From Cyanophora paradoxa CCMP329 (Eukaryota > Plantae > Glaucophyta), in the NCBI GenBank assembly GCA_004431415.1, contig QPMI01000101.1:1-64000 (forward strand): a stretch of DNA of 64,000 nt, in the 5' to 3' direction. The translations under genes and the position numbers were made by a program. Every line of letters starts with the position of its first letter. Positions within the stretch are counted from its first letter, which is position 1. Below are positions 21,403 through 34,288 of the stretch, in pieces. The notes under the pieces were generated by a model. That model was not told where the DNA came from, made no database searches, and saw only the letters and a program-made list of their open reading frames with translations.

Positions 21403-24400
21403 TCGCCCCTCCCTTTTTCCTGAGTCGGCGTACCCCCAGATTGCGGACGCGGGGCTCGATTTCGACCACTGCCTCTTCCTTGAGAACGGCAACGACACGG
21501 GCCGGCGCGCCGATTTGAGGCCGTCGATCCCGCGGGCCGGCTCCCTGCGCTGACGGGCGGGCAGGGAGCTCGCGGCGGCGCTCTCGAACGGGACGCGGGA
21601 CTTCAAGGCCCCCGGCCGATCGAAGGCGGGCGATCCCCGCACCCCTCCCGCGGGGGTGCACCAGACGATGACGCGCCCGATGCAGATCGTGGGGTACTGG
21701 GTCGCCCCCAACGCGACCGCACGGAGCGGCGTCGGCACTGGTCACGGTACCCACGTGGCCGGTGCGCCGCGTACCCCTCCTAGCCCCCGCGTGTCTTGCA
21801 ACGGCCGAGTGCAGCGACGGCTGTGGGCCGCGTGCCGCTCGACTGGGGGAACGGGACCGAGCGGGACTCGATGGCGCGCCACAACGGCGTCGCGCACGCC
21901 GCGAAGCTCATCTTCCAGGTGCCCCCTCCCCTCGTCCCCTCCTCCCTGCTCCGGGGTGCCGCGCGCTCGCCTCGCACCCCGACCGCCGACCGCGCCGCGC
22001 AGGACGTGAACGGCGTCAACGCGAACGGATCGGTGCCCCGCGCCACCCCGGCACTCGTCCACGCAGCCTCCTCACTCTTGCTCCAGGCGTACATCGCGAC
22101 GGGTACAATTAGCGTCCTCAAAGACCTCCTAGTCCCCGCCTACGAGGTACCCCCCGAAAAGCCCGCCGCCCACTCCCCCGCTCCCCAAAGCGACCCCCGC
22201 GGCTGCAGGGCGGCGCCCGCATCCACTCGAATTCGGTGAAATTGCCGCACCCCCGCTCCGAGGCCTGGGCTGAGCGCCGCCGGCAGTGGGGCTGCGCGGA
22301 GGCGACGCGGGCGGAGCCGGCGGCGTGCAACGTGTACGACGGGCAGACCGCCGAGTTCGACCTCGGCGCCTTCCGCATGCCGGTGCCCCCCGCCGAATCG
22401 ACCCGCCCCGCCGTGCGGTGCGCGTGCTGCTGACGGGGGCGCGGGGGCGCAGGAGCTGCTGGTGCTGGTGGCGGCCGGCAACGACGGCAACTTCGGCGAC
22501 CGCACCGTCGGCTCCGTGCGCACCGTGCCCCCGCCCCCCCCCCCCTGCCTCATCCCGCGCCAGCCCGCTCTGTGCAAGAACTGCATCGCGGTGGGCGCGT
22601 CGCACGTACCCCTCGCGGGCTGGCGCGAGCTCGGGCGCATCGAGGAGGGCTACGGTACCCCCCTCCACCCCTTATACTCCGTCTACCCCTCTCTTCCTCC
22701 GACGCCTCGCTCCAGCCGACGTGTGCGGCGCGTGGATCAACTGCTCGACGCCCGTCGATGCCGCGCTCGCCGGTGCTCGCCCCCAGCCCCCCGCCCCCGC
22801 CTCCCCCGTCCGCCTCGCTCGCCCTCGCGCCTCACCGCCGCCCCCCAGGCTACTGCTGCCCGAACCAGATCAACGCCACCGTGTACAACGCGAACAACGT
22901 CGCCGGTGCGGCGCCGGCCTTCCCGCGCCACCCTCGCCCCTCCGAGCCGTCGGCAGGCTTTTCGTCGCGGGGCCCGGCGTTCGACGGGCGCGTGAAGGTG
23001 CCGCGCCCCGGCCCTCCCCCCGGCGCCCCTCGGTCGCGCCTCACGCCGCCTCCGCCGCAGCCGGACCTCGTGGTGCGAGCTCGGAGCGCCCGGGGGCCCC
23101 GCGCCCGTTCCATCCGCAGTGACGCGCCCCGGCCCCGCAGGCCCCCGGCCACAAGATCGTGTCCGCCCTCTCCGACGGCAACTGGACCACCCGCCAGTGC
23201 CAGCCCCGTGCGCGCATGTGCCCCCGCGCATTCGCCCATTGCGACTGCGGCCCCGGCACCGACGCCGCGCCGCGCAGTGGGCCCCGGGCAGGGCCCCCGC
23301 GCCGCCCTCACCGCCAAGCAGGGCACGAGCATGGCCACTCCCGCCGTGCGTCCGCTGCGCGGTGGTGCCCCCCTCCGGGCGCGAACCGCACCCCCGCAGC
23401 TCGCGGGTCTGGCGGCGCTCGTTCGGCAGTACTTCACGGAGGGGTGCGCTCTCGCCTTCTTCCCTCTGGGAGCCTGTACCCCGGCACGAACCCGTACCCC
23501 AGGTTCTACCCCAGCGGGCGGCGCACCCCCGGGGACGGCTTCTCGCCCTCGAGCGCGCTCCTGCGCGCCGTGCTCCACAACGCGGCGAGGCTCCTCCCCG
23601 GCGTCGTCGTGGACTCGTACCAAGACTCGCCCATACCCCTCCAGACGGCCCGCCCCGACCGGCTCCAGGGCTTCGGGCGCCCCGCCGCCTCCAGGGCGCT
23701 CCGCTTCGCCGCGCCCGAGGCCGGCGCCCCCGCCGCGGGCCCCGCCCTCTGGCTGCTTGAGCGCAACGTGACGGCCGCCGACACTGGCGCCGCCCTCCTC
23801 TTCTGCGCCCGGCCCCTGCCCTCGAGCACCACCAACAGCAGCAACAGCAGCAGCGGCAACAGCACCAGCAGCGGCGGTGGGGCGGCCTCGGGGGGGGCGC
23901 TGCGGGGGACGCTGGTGTGGGTGGACTACCCGGCGTCGCCGGGGGCCGCCCGCGCTCTCGTCAACGACCTCGACCTCACCCTGCAGGCCCGCCCCCGCGC
24001 CCCGCGCCCCGCCCCAAACCAATCCTCCAGGCCTCGCGCTTTCATCATGAGTTCGCCCTGGAGCTCTCGAGAATTTTACATTTCTAGCGCTTCCCCCAAA
24101 CTCCCTGAGTCTCCAAGCCGCCCCTCCCTCATTCCCTGCCCCCCGCCCCTGCCCCCCTCCCTCCCCCGCCCTCCTCCTTCCCTCCGCCCACCCCCTCCCC
24201 CCCCCTCCCTCCCGCCCCCTCCTCCCGCCCCTTGCCACCAACACCCTCACGCGCCCTGGCGCTCTCGAGCCCCGAGCGGCCGGCCGGGGCCCCCGTCCCC
24301 GCCCCTCCGGTCCCCTTCGCCGCCTCGGGCGCGCTGACCGCTCACGCCGCCCCCGCCACAGCTCCTCCCCAACGGAACGCTCGTGTACCCCAACGGCCTC

Positions 24401-26126
24401 GACGTGCGCAGACGCGCCCCCGCCCCCTGCCCCGTCCCCCCTCGCGACTCATGCTTTTCCCTTCGTTTTCATAGGGACCGGACCGTCTGAACGTGGTGGA
24501 GCAGGCGGAGATCCAGGTCCCGCCGGCCCCGGCGCCCCCGGCGGCCCCCGGCGGCCTCAACGCGAGCGGCGGCGTCGCCAACGCCAGCGTCCAGATCGCC
24601 GTCAATCTGACCCGCTTCGCCTCGCCCCCGGAAGAAGGTGCCTGCGCTGTCTTCGGCTTCTGCAGGATTGCAATCGGTCCTCTTCGTTTGACGTTCGCCT
24701 TCCTGCAGGGCCGATGCTGCTCGCGCTGGTCGTCACCGCAGACTTCGACTTCGCCGTCTCCCCCGGCCCCTGCGCCGCCCCGTCCCCGTCTCCGTCCCCG
24801 GCCCCCTCCCCGTCTCCCAGCCCTTCCCCCTCGGCCACGCCCTCCCCCTCGCCCTCCGCCCCCGGGGCGGCGGCGGGGCCCCCGCAGGAGGGCGCGGGCG
24901 GGGGCGGGGGCGGGACGCTGACGCTCCCCGACGGGGCGCCGGCGGCGGGGACGGCGCCGCGGGCGACGCCGGCGGGGGACGTGCCCTCCATCGAGCTCGA
25001 GGTCGTCCTCTCCTCGCTCCCCGGCGGCCGCCCCGCCACCAAGGCCAACTTCGACGCCCCCGCCCAGGCCCGTCCCCGCCGCCCCCCTCGAGTTCCCGCA
25101 CCGGCTCGAGGGTCTCTGAAGGGGCGCGTGGGGGTACAGGACGCGTTCCGGGAGGGTCTCGCGGCGGCGCTCAGTGCCCCCCCGCCGCCCGTCTCCGCCG
25201 ACCGCCTCTTCGTCACCGACGTCCAGGCACGCGGCCCATGTGACGACTCTTTTAGAGCGCTTTCTAGGAAGGTGTTTCCAGTTAGGCGGTTCAAAGAGGA
25301 TGGAATAATCGTCTCCCTCCGACCGTCCCGTCGGGTCGGCATCTCACTTCGCGCTTCGAAACTTTTCAGGAGACGTCGGCGCGGCGGCGGGCGCTGCGGG
25401 CCCCCGCCATCGCCGTGCGAACGAAGGTCGTCCAGTCCGCCGGTGCCAGAGCCGCCTCCCCCGCCCCCGCCTCCGCGCCCGTCCTCACCGTCGTCGCTGC
25501 TGCCGCCGGGGAGGGCAGACGGGAGCGGGAAGGGGCTGGAGGATGTGCAGGCGAGGGCGGAGTCGCTGGCCGCGTCGGGCCTGGCGATCCCGGGCTTCGG
25601 CGTGGCCCGCCTCTCCGTCACCTCGCGCCTCCCCGGCCCCTGGTGGGCCTTCGTCCACGCCCCCTGGTTCATCCCCGTCGCCGCCGGCGCCGGGGGCCTC
25701 CTCCTCCTCCTCGTCCTCCTGCTGGTCGTGCGGGCGCGCCTCAGGCGCCGCTGGGTGCGCAAGGGCCACCTCGAGGTCCGCATCGAGTGGGCCCTCGGGC
25801 CGGCGCCGCCCCCGGCCGCCCTCGAGGCCGAGATCGCCGCCGCGCTGGGGGCGCCCCGCAAGGCGGTCGCCGTCGTGGGGAACGGGGCCGGGGCGACGAC
25901 GACGGTGCGGGTGCACGACCTCGGCGACCGCATCACGCGCCGCGTGCACCTCGCCACGGAGCGCGTCCCCGAGTGGGCCGCCGCCCTCGGCGGGCGCGGG
26001 GCGAAGGCACTGGCGGGGCGGCCGGTGGCGGCGGCCGCCGTCGTCGGCTGGTTCACGCCGGGCCTGCCAGGCCTGGACCGCCGCGTCGCCCCGGAGGCCT
26101 GGGGGCCCCTCACCCCCGTCGCCTAG
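19983..26126 (+). CDS. S8 subtilisin-like serine protease (KP-43/TagC-like) with a signal/anchor sequence and a C-terminal TM helix
   Basis: Catalytic IADAGLD, HGTHVAG and GTSMATP; oxyanion AAGNDG; also GARIHSNS|WG, KNCIAVGAS, FSSRGPAFDGRVK|PDL, QGFGR and TLVWVDYP..LVNDLDL. A Ser-Pro linker precedes the TM segment WFIPVAAGAGGLLLLLVLLLVV. Confidence 0.92.
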
Positions 26127-27033
26127 GCCTCATGATCAGCCGCCATGGCCAGCCCCCGCACCCCAATCTCCACTTAACTTATTCGCTCTCGAGCTTCCCT
26201 GGTCTTTAAAACAAAAATTCGCACTCCAGCCCATCCCGCACCCCTCCCGCACCCCTCCCGGAACCCTCCCGCGCACAGTCTTCCAGCAGCTGTACCCTTA
26301 TTCAAAGTAGCATTGCGTGTACATGTCAGTTTTTTAAAAGCGTATTTTGCACAATGCAGATGTGTTATTCGAACGTTAACGATCGGGGGCTGGCTACAGC
26401 TGTGATTCTAGCTTTCCTCGAGCTCTGCGCACACGTCGCTCCCTCGAGCTCAGCCATGGAACGGAGGCGGCCCATCACTGAGCGAAAGCGGAGCTCGAAG
26501 CCTCGAGCCCCAGAGCGCCTGCTGGCGCAGAGCCTCGGAGGAGCCGCTGAGCCTCGAGCAGTCGCAGCTGCAGACTCATCGTGATCAGCAATTTCGAATT
26601 CGAAGGCAAAGGCCTGACACATCGTGATCATGATCAGCAATTTCGAATTCTAAGGCAAAGACCTTTTTTACGTGCCTTCACGGCTCAGCGGCTTTCGACG
26701 GCTTCGATTAATTTCGGATCTGAGAAAATGGACTGGATCGGAGATATTGACCTTCTCTACACTTTGAACGTCCTGTTCGTCTGGTTCGTTCCCATAGCTA
26801 GTCTAGTGCGCTCTTGCCAAATTAAATACTATGATACTAGTTGCGGTTACCAATCCGCAGCAAACCTCGTGCAGAGCACAGCTGTTGCTATAGATAGGAC
26901 TCTGCAGGATTTATGCATGGCAGGGGAGGCTCGGCCCGCGGCCGCACAGCTCAGTTAGCTCATTGAATGAAGCAATGAATTTGCGTGTGCATGTGCACAT
27001 CTGCAAAGAACAGCGCGCTCGATACGACACCGG

Positions 27034-30000
27034 CTAGTCGTCGCCCAGGATGTCGACCTCCTCGTCCTCCCCGCCCCGCTCCGTCGCCCGCCGCGGCCCC
27101 GCCGGCGGCGTCGGCGGGGCGCCCAACGGCGGCGGCGGCGCGGCCCCTGCATCCACGATCTCGCCCTCCTCCTGCCCCTCGTCCTCCTCCTCGGTCGAGT
27201 ACGAGGCGACGGGGGCGGGGGGCAGGGCCGGCGCGGCGACCGGCTGCGGGGCGGCGAGGGCGGGCGCGGGGGAGCGGGGCGGGAGGGGCGAGGCGGCGTC
27301 GCTCTCCATTCCACTGTGCTCCCCCGCGCTGAGCTCCGACGAGGTCCGCCGCCTGCCCCCCGCCCCGCCGCCCCGCCCGCCCCGGCCCCCGACGCCAGCG
27401 CCGCGCGGCTGCCCGGCGGGCGGCCGAGCGGGCGGCTCGCCCCGCGCCCCCGGCGGGGGCCGGGGCGCCGCGGCGGCGCTTGGCGGCGCGCTTGCGGCTG
27501 GAGTCGGAGTCGCTGTCCGAGTCGGAGGCGGAGCCGAAGTAGTAGACGGGGGTGCTCGCCCCGCTCCCGCGCCGCCGCTCGCCCCCCGAGCCGCCCCCGC
27601 TCGACGGCGCCGCCCCGGAAGACGAGGCCGAGGCCGAGGCGCCCACACCGCTCTTCGAGGCCGCAGCGGCGGCGACCAGCGCCGCCGGCGTCAGGCGCGC
27701 CCCGCCGGCCGGCCCGCCGCGGCCCCGGCTGGCCGCCGGGAGCGGCGCCGGTGCAGCGGGCGCCGGCGCCGGGGAGGGCGGCGGCGAGGGGGAACCCGGA
27801 TCCGAATCCATTCTGCGGCGGAGTCAAGAAGGGGGGGAGGGGTGAGGGGGTACGGGGACGCGCCTCGGGGTGGGGGCTTCGGCAGCGGGGGTCTCGGGGG
27901 TAGAGGCGGCGCTCGCGCCCCCCGCTTCTTCCTCGGCGAGCTCGGACCCGGCGCTCGCCGCCGCGATCCGGGCCCGGTTGTAGCACGACCAGCACATGCC
28001 TGCCGGCGAGGGCTCAGGGCGGAAGGGGGGGTACGAGGCGGGGCTGCGGGTACCCTTCGCGTGGTGCTTGACGTGCGAGTGGGGGCAGCGGCTCGAGTAG
28101 ACCTTGTGCCGCCCCTTGCCGCTCCCGGCGGGCCGCGGGGGCGGCCCGGAATGCACGATGAGAGAACCGACGCCGCCGGGTGGCGGGGCCGAGGCCGGGG
28201 CGGGGGCGGGCGGAGAGGGGCCGGGCCCGGGGGAGTGCGGCGGGCTGCTCGGGCTGGACGGGCGCTGCTTCGGGGAGAGCGCGTCGGCGAGGCGCTTGCG
28301 CTTGCCGCCCGCCACCGGCCCCGGCCCCTCCCCGCCCACACACGAGGAGGCGGCGGACTGCACCGCCGGCCCCCGCAGCGGCGGCGGCGGCGGCGGCGGG
28401 ATCTGCACAGGCGGCAGCGAAGCGGCCGTGGGCGCCGCTGCGGGCGGGCCGGATCGGGTCAGACGGGATTCGCCGCGGGGGGAGGAGCGGGGTAAGGGCA
28501 CCGGTGCGGGACAGGAAGCCGTCGCCGACGGGGACGCGGAAGGAGGGGTACGAGGACTCGGCGGGGGCGGGGGCGGCGGCGGCTGCGTGCCCCGCGCCGG
28601 CGAGGGGCGAGTAGGGCCGGTCGGCCTCCGCCGCGGCGTCGTCCGAGTCGCAGCGCTGCGGGAGGGGCTGCATGGGCGAGGGCGGCACGTGCGAGGCCGC
28701 CGGCAGCTCGGGGGAGAGGATGGTCATCGCCGCCGCCCGCTCCGCCGCCACGTTCTGCCGGTGCGCCCGGTAGCACGGCAGGCACATCCCTGCCAAACGA
28801 CCCGCCCCCTCAGATGGCGCGGACACGGCTTTCGGGCGAAACGGACCCTTGGCGTGGTGCTTGACCCAGTGGTGGGGGCAGTTGGTGTTGCCCCGGCCGC
28901 GGCCCCGCCCCGCCGCGGGGCGCCCCGACGGGCGGGGCGGGGCGGGGCGGGGGCGGCGGGGCCGCGCCCCGCGGCGCGCGGCCGGGGAGAGGGCGATGTG
29001 CGGGGGCAGCTTCGAGCCGTCCGCCACCATCCTGTTGAGCTCTGTACCCCCGTCAGACGAGGGAAGGGGGCGGGGTGGGAGAGAAGGGGTGGAGGCGCAC
29101 GCTCGGGGGAGAGGGGCGCGCCGTGGGCGTTGACGAGGGGCACGAGGCCCTGGAGGAGGGCCTCGTCGATGGGGATGCCCTGCGCCGGCGGTCGCGAGGA
29201 GCGCGCAAGCAGGGGCTGGGGCGGGGCCGGGGCGGACGTGGACGTGGAGGTAGGCGAGGACCTCGTCGTCGAGCTGGGCGAGCACGTGCGCGAGCGCGGG
29301 GTCCAGCTCCTGCGGCAGCACCCCCTCCAGCAGCGCCGCCTCCGCCCGCCGTCGCTCCTCCGCCTCCCGCCGCTCCGCCGCCTTCCGCCGCACCGCCTCC
29401 CCGTACCGCTGCGCCGCCGCCGCCAGCACCTGCGCCGCCACCGCCGCCCGCGGCCTCGGCGAGTCGTGCTCCTTCACGGGGTCCGCCTCCTCCCACAGCT
29501 CCGCCGGCTGCGGCGCCACCGGCCCCGCCGCCGCCCCGGGGGGACCGGCGCGCCCGGCTGGGGCGGGGGCGACGGGGCACGTGGGGCGCTGGGCGGGCTC
29601 CCGGCCTCCGAGGCGGGGCGGTGGCGGGGGCGGGGCGTGGGCGTGGGCGGGGACTCGGCGGCGGGGCCGGTGAGGGAGGCGGAGGAGAGGCGGGAGCCGG
29701 CGAGGCCGAGGAGCTCGTCGGCTGTGAGGGAGGCGAGGGGGCGCGTCGCCGCCGCCGCCGCCGCGCAGGCCCCCGCGTCGCACGAGAGGTCCAGCCCGGG
29801 GGCCAGCGCGAGGACGACGTCCGCGCCCCGCCCGCCCTCCCCCTCGCCCCCATCCGCCCCCGCCGCCTCCGAGGAGGCGGGCGGGCCGTCCCGCTTGACG
29901 AGGAGGCGCTCGGCGGCGCGGCGCTCGCGCTGCTCGCGGGCGTCCCTGAAACAGGCCGCGCACATGCCCTTGGCGTAGGGCGCCGCCCACGTGTGCCCGC

Positions 30001-31530
30001 AAGCCGTCGCCTGCCGCAGAGACGAGCAAGTCAGAGGGCGTCGCTCGCGTCCGGCCCGCGAGCGCCGGCGCGCGCGCCTGCTTGGCGCGGCCGAGGAAGA
30101 CCTTGAGGCCCCTGCGCGCGATGCCGGACTCGCTGTCGCTCTCTTCCCCCGAGCAGCCGCCGCCGGCGCAGCCGCCGGCGCCCTTGTCGGTCTCCTTGCC
30201 CTCCCGCCCCGCGAGGGCCTCCGCGACGACTCCGGACTCGATGAAGTCGGGGACGCTCACGTACCCCACCCGCACGACCACGCCCCCGTCCTCCGGCGCC
30301 TCTGCGACGGCCGCGACGGCCGCGCCCCCGCCGCCGGCGGCCGCGGCTGCGGCCGCGAGCACGGCCTGCTCCCTCGTCTTGCGGTAGCACGAGAGGCACA
30401 TGCCTGCGCCGCCCCGCCCGCCCCGCGCGGTCAGAGGGAAGGCGGGGGCGGGGCGGGCGGGGGCGGGGCGGGCCCTTGGCGTGGTGCTTGACGTCCTTGT
30501 GCGGGCAGTTGGTGTTCACGCGCGCCTCCCGCGACTTCTTCCGCCCCGCCATCGCTGCGCGCCCGCAAGCGCGCCGCCGGCCGCCCCGGTCGGTGCCGGG
30601 CCGCGGCGGCGGCGGCGGCGGGGCGGGCCCGGGGCGCACGGATCGTCGCCTCGGTCACGGGGCTGCGCGAGGCGGGCTCGGGCCGCCCCGGAGGGTCCCG
30701 GGGAGGCGGCGGCGCCCCAGAGGATGCCGCCGACGGGGGACGGGGCAGGCGGGGCCAGGAGCGGGTCGGAGCCGGGGGGCATGCGGGAGGCGGGGGCGAC
30801 GGGGGCGGCGTGGAGGGCCCGGGAGGCGGCCCCGGCGAAGCGCGGGAGCGGGGCGGGGTCGAGAGGCGGCGGGGAGGGCAGCGTGAGGGTCGGCGAGGGC
30901 GGGATGGGGACGGGGAGGGGGACGCGGTAGATCTCCCGCAGGCGGGCCCGCTCGAAGGAGTCTGCGGGGCGGGGCGGCGCGGCGGCTCGGGCGTCGCACG
31001 GGAGACGAGAGAGAAAGGCGAGGGCGCCGCGCACGCTTCTTGGCGTGACGATCGGTGAGCATGGCGAGGGTCTTGGCGTTGAGCGGCTCGCGCAGATCAA
31101 ATTCCTTCGAGGCGTACTGCATGTGCGAGCCGGCGGCCTCCATCTCGCGGAACTCGTCGTACATAACGTACTCGCGCAGCGCCGTTCCGCAGGATTGGCA
31201 CGCGACGCCCGGGTGCTTGCCGGAGAACGACCTGCACCGGATTGAGGACGGTTGGCTCGCGACCTCGGCCGGAAGGCGCCCGGTAGATCACACTCACACT
31301 ATCGGCTTCAGATCAAGACCGCGCTCGATCGCAAAGTCTTTCAACGGGTGCGCGAAGACGACGGGCTCGCTCTCCGCGAGAGCCGAGTTCTTCACCACCT
31401 CCCGCCGCAGGAAAATACGCTCCGTGGACAAGGCCCCGCATGCCTTGCAGGGTCCCTTCCATCGGTACACCCGAAGCAGCTCGCGGACCTGGCCCGGCGG
31501 GATCCGCTGGACTGCGAAGCTGGTCAGTCC
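27034..31530 (-). CDS. Putative multi-zinc-finger protein: N-terminal CxxC..CxxC ribbon plus four CxH-x5-[HY]AKGMCxxC[YF] motifs; start not resolved
   Basis: GPCKACG..VACQSCG, then CPHKDVKHHAKG|MCLSCY, CGHTWAAPYAKGMCAACF, CPHHWVKHHAKG|MCLPCY and CPHSHVKHHAKG|MCWSCY. Basic NLS-like tracts and an acidic end EDEEVDILGDD*. Confidence 0.65.
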
Positions 31531-31852
31531 GGTACGCGCTGGCTCCCTCTCGCAGCTTCCGCATCACAGCCGCGGCCTAAGCGCCCTCGATGCGCTATAG
31601 ACGGCAAAAACGACCGCGCTATGCGCGCGCGACAAGTGCCATCGCCGGCTACAGCGCACCATCTGGTGGGAGCGGTTCTGAATCCAGCGGCTCGACCGCT
31701 GCCGATGCTCCTCCCGGTGCTTCCATCGGCAGCCGGGCAGGCCTGGAACGCCAGCAGCCGGCGCTACTCTTCTCTTGCGTTTGCACCTGTACCCGGGCTG
31801 TTTCGCCGATTCGACGCCGAGCGCGCTGCCAGCAGTCCCACACGCGTGTTGG

Positions 31853-32312
31853 ATGCAGTCACCGCCGCAGATAATTCCAGCTCGGCAGCCCGGCCCCGTC
31901 GTGCAGGAGGTCCAGCTAAACCCGCCGTCGCCGCTCAAGTACATCACCTTCAAGTACGCTGTCTTGGTCGGCATATGCGTATGGTGCTGCGTATCTCACC
32001 TGCGCGCGCAGGAACTACTACAGCGCGTTCGTGACTGTGCAGATCAAGTTCGTCGACGATGAGAGGGTTTGGGCCACCGTTGTGCGCGAGCAGCAGCTCA
32101 TGAAGCATCCGCATTACGAGGACGAGTCTCAGAACTGGCACGTCATTCCTGTGCAGGCCGGCGCGCGGCCCGTCTGCCGCCTTCGGCTGATCGTCGCCAA
32201 CCCGAGCCCCTGCTGGACTGTCATCGGCATCCGCGACGTCGAGGTCGTTCTTTCGATTCGATTATAAAGCTGCTACTCGCCCAACATCCCCGCGTAGGTG
32301 TTCACCGAATGA
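31853..32312 (+). CDS. NICN1: Nicolin-1 homologue (tubulin polyglutamylase complex subunit); true start may be upstream
   Basis: LKYITFK|NYYSAFVTVQ..W..LMKHPHYEDESQ..LRLIVANPSPCW..E|VFTE* matches the NICN1 pattern ITFKNYYTAF..LMPDPHSEEGAQ..LRLILRQPSPLW. Confidence 0.85.
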
Positions 32313-32880
32313 GGCAACAGTCAGCCGGCGACAGCCGCCCCACAACACTCAACCGCCCCCGGTGCGCCCGCATCATCCCTTTCCGGCCGATGCGCGTGGG
32401 TTGCTGAACCATGGCCTCCCGCTGCAGCTGAGGGCTTCTTGAATGCGCGCGGATATCCTACGGTGCTACCTACGGGGCGAGAAGCTGCGGAGCTGCAGCC
32501 TCCGCCTAGCAGCCTGGTCGCGCACGAGGGGGACTCCGATGTCAAAGCGGGTGTCGCCGCGACGCGGGGTCGAGTCTGTTGGTGCTTGGAGTGCCAGCCA
32601 CAGACGGGAGGAGGGAGCCTCATTTCTTCCCCAACAGCCGCAGGCTATGCTGGCCCAAAGCCGGGCGCCAGCTGCTGCCGCGGGCCCCTTCCCCTCGCAG
32701 GAGTCTCTCCCTCCCATGCGAGTCTCCGAGTCTCCCTCGATCCAAGATCAGGCGTGGGTCAGACGCGTGCCTAACGTGAACGTGGCCCAAATGTACAGGC
32801 TTTGAAAGGATGTGCAGTGGGGTGCCATTAGGGAAACAAGACACACGGAAAGGGCGGGGGCCGGGGCGTCGAGGGGCTTT

Positions 32881-34288
32881 CTACTCCTCGTCGGCGGCCT
32901 CGTTGCGGCGCCCGGGGCGGGCGGCGCGGGCGCGGGCACCCCCGGCGGCCTCGCCCTCGCCGTCGTAGTCGTCGCGGCGGTCGCGGGCGCCGGGGCGGGC
33001 GACGCGGCCGATGCAGGTGTAGCCCTGAATGACGAGGCGGGCGCCCTCGCGGCGCACGTCCAGGTCCCAGAACTTGCTGTGCGCCGGGCTCGGCAGCTCC
33101 CCGTGCAGCCGCAGCGCGAACGGCTTCACCCACGACCCCTCCACCGGCTGGATCTTCACCACGATGATCCCCTCCTCCGGCAGCTGACCCCCGCCCCGCC
33201 CCCTTGTCGGCCCCTTGGGATGGAACGAACGGGGCGGGAGGGGGGTACCGCGAGGACGACGACGCCGCGGACCGAGAAGTAGTCCTCGATGGTGGCGCAG
33301 CCGTTCGGGGGGGTCAGGTTCTTGCCCTCCTTGTCCACGTCCGGCTTGAGGACCGGGTTCCGCACCTTGGGCGCGCGGGGGAGCGTCAAGGCGCCTCCCT
33401 CGCCGCCCGGCGGGGCGGAGGCGACGGCGTACCCCGGCGACGTCCACGCGGAGCTCGGTACCCTGCCCGCCGTCGATCCGGGTCTTCGGGTACACGACCT
33501 GGGCCCCAGGGGATCGATCGGCAAGGCGGGGGAGCGCGGGGTGGGGCCGGGGCGCACGAAGGTTTGCTTCTGCTCGAGATCGATCTTCTGAATGAACTGG
33601 TTCATGGAGGAGACGACGCGCGCGTCCATCACCGTCCCGTCCTCTGCGGCCAGCTGGCCTATCCGGGGGTTCTCCGCGCTCGGCACGAAGCTGCGTGTCG
33701 CCGCTTAGAAAGGAACTCGAAACGAAGAAAACTGAGAAACGAAAGGAGGGCGCGCGGACCGGCCGGAGATGATGCCGATGGCGCGGTACTGGAATTCGGT
33801 CGGCTTCGGGAAGACCATCGGGCGATCCTGCGACGTCTCCTCGGTCCCCGTGGAGCCGCTCGCCGCCTCAGCCGCCACTGAGGACGCTGCTGTGCGCGGG
33901 AAGCGGCGTCGGATCCAACTCCGGAACGGAGGGGCGCGGGTATGCAAGCACCTGCGTTGATGCCCTCGCAAAGCTGCAGCGCCGAGCGCACGCCCTTCGA
34001 TGCCGATGCTGACAACTTACGGCCCAAGAAGCTCGAGGCGCGGAAAGACCTGCGATCAGGGCGGGTCGGCGACCCGCGACGCGCGCGCTCGTTGCTCGGG
34101 CTGCCGGACCGGAGCTCGAAGGCGTCGCATGTCCTCAGGTTAGAGGAGGACGGAACGGCGACAGAATCCGCTCGTTGGCGCAGGGCTGCCGGCCGCTCGG
34201 ACGCTGAGTGGGTCCGGCTATGGAACTGCGCGACAGCGCTGCCGCCGCTGGCAACGATAGGGAAGCCGACGCAGAAGCCTTGCGCCAT
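32881..34288 (-). CDS. Plastid-targeted homologue of a conserved cyanobacterial hypothetical protein
   Basis: N-terminus MAQGFCVGFP.., Ser/Ala/Arg-rich with SSFLGRKL, is transit-peptide-like. The mature part reads FQYRAIGIISG..EDGT..IDLEQ..VVYPKTR..DYFSVRGVVV..IVVKI..FALRLHGELP..FWDLDVRREG, a motif string I recognise from cyanobacterial proteins. Confidence 0.75.

Noticed and set aside
31564-31974. Cys-rich minus-strand ORF MPTKTAYL.. as a gene
   Set aside because: It is antisense to the NICN1 exon and intron and has no recognisable motif.
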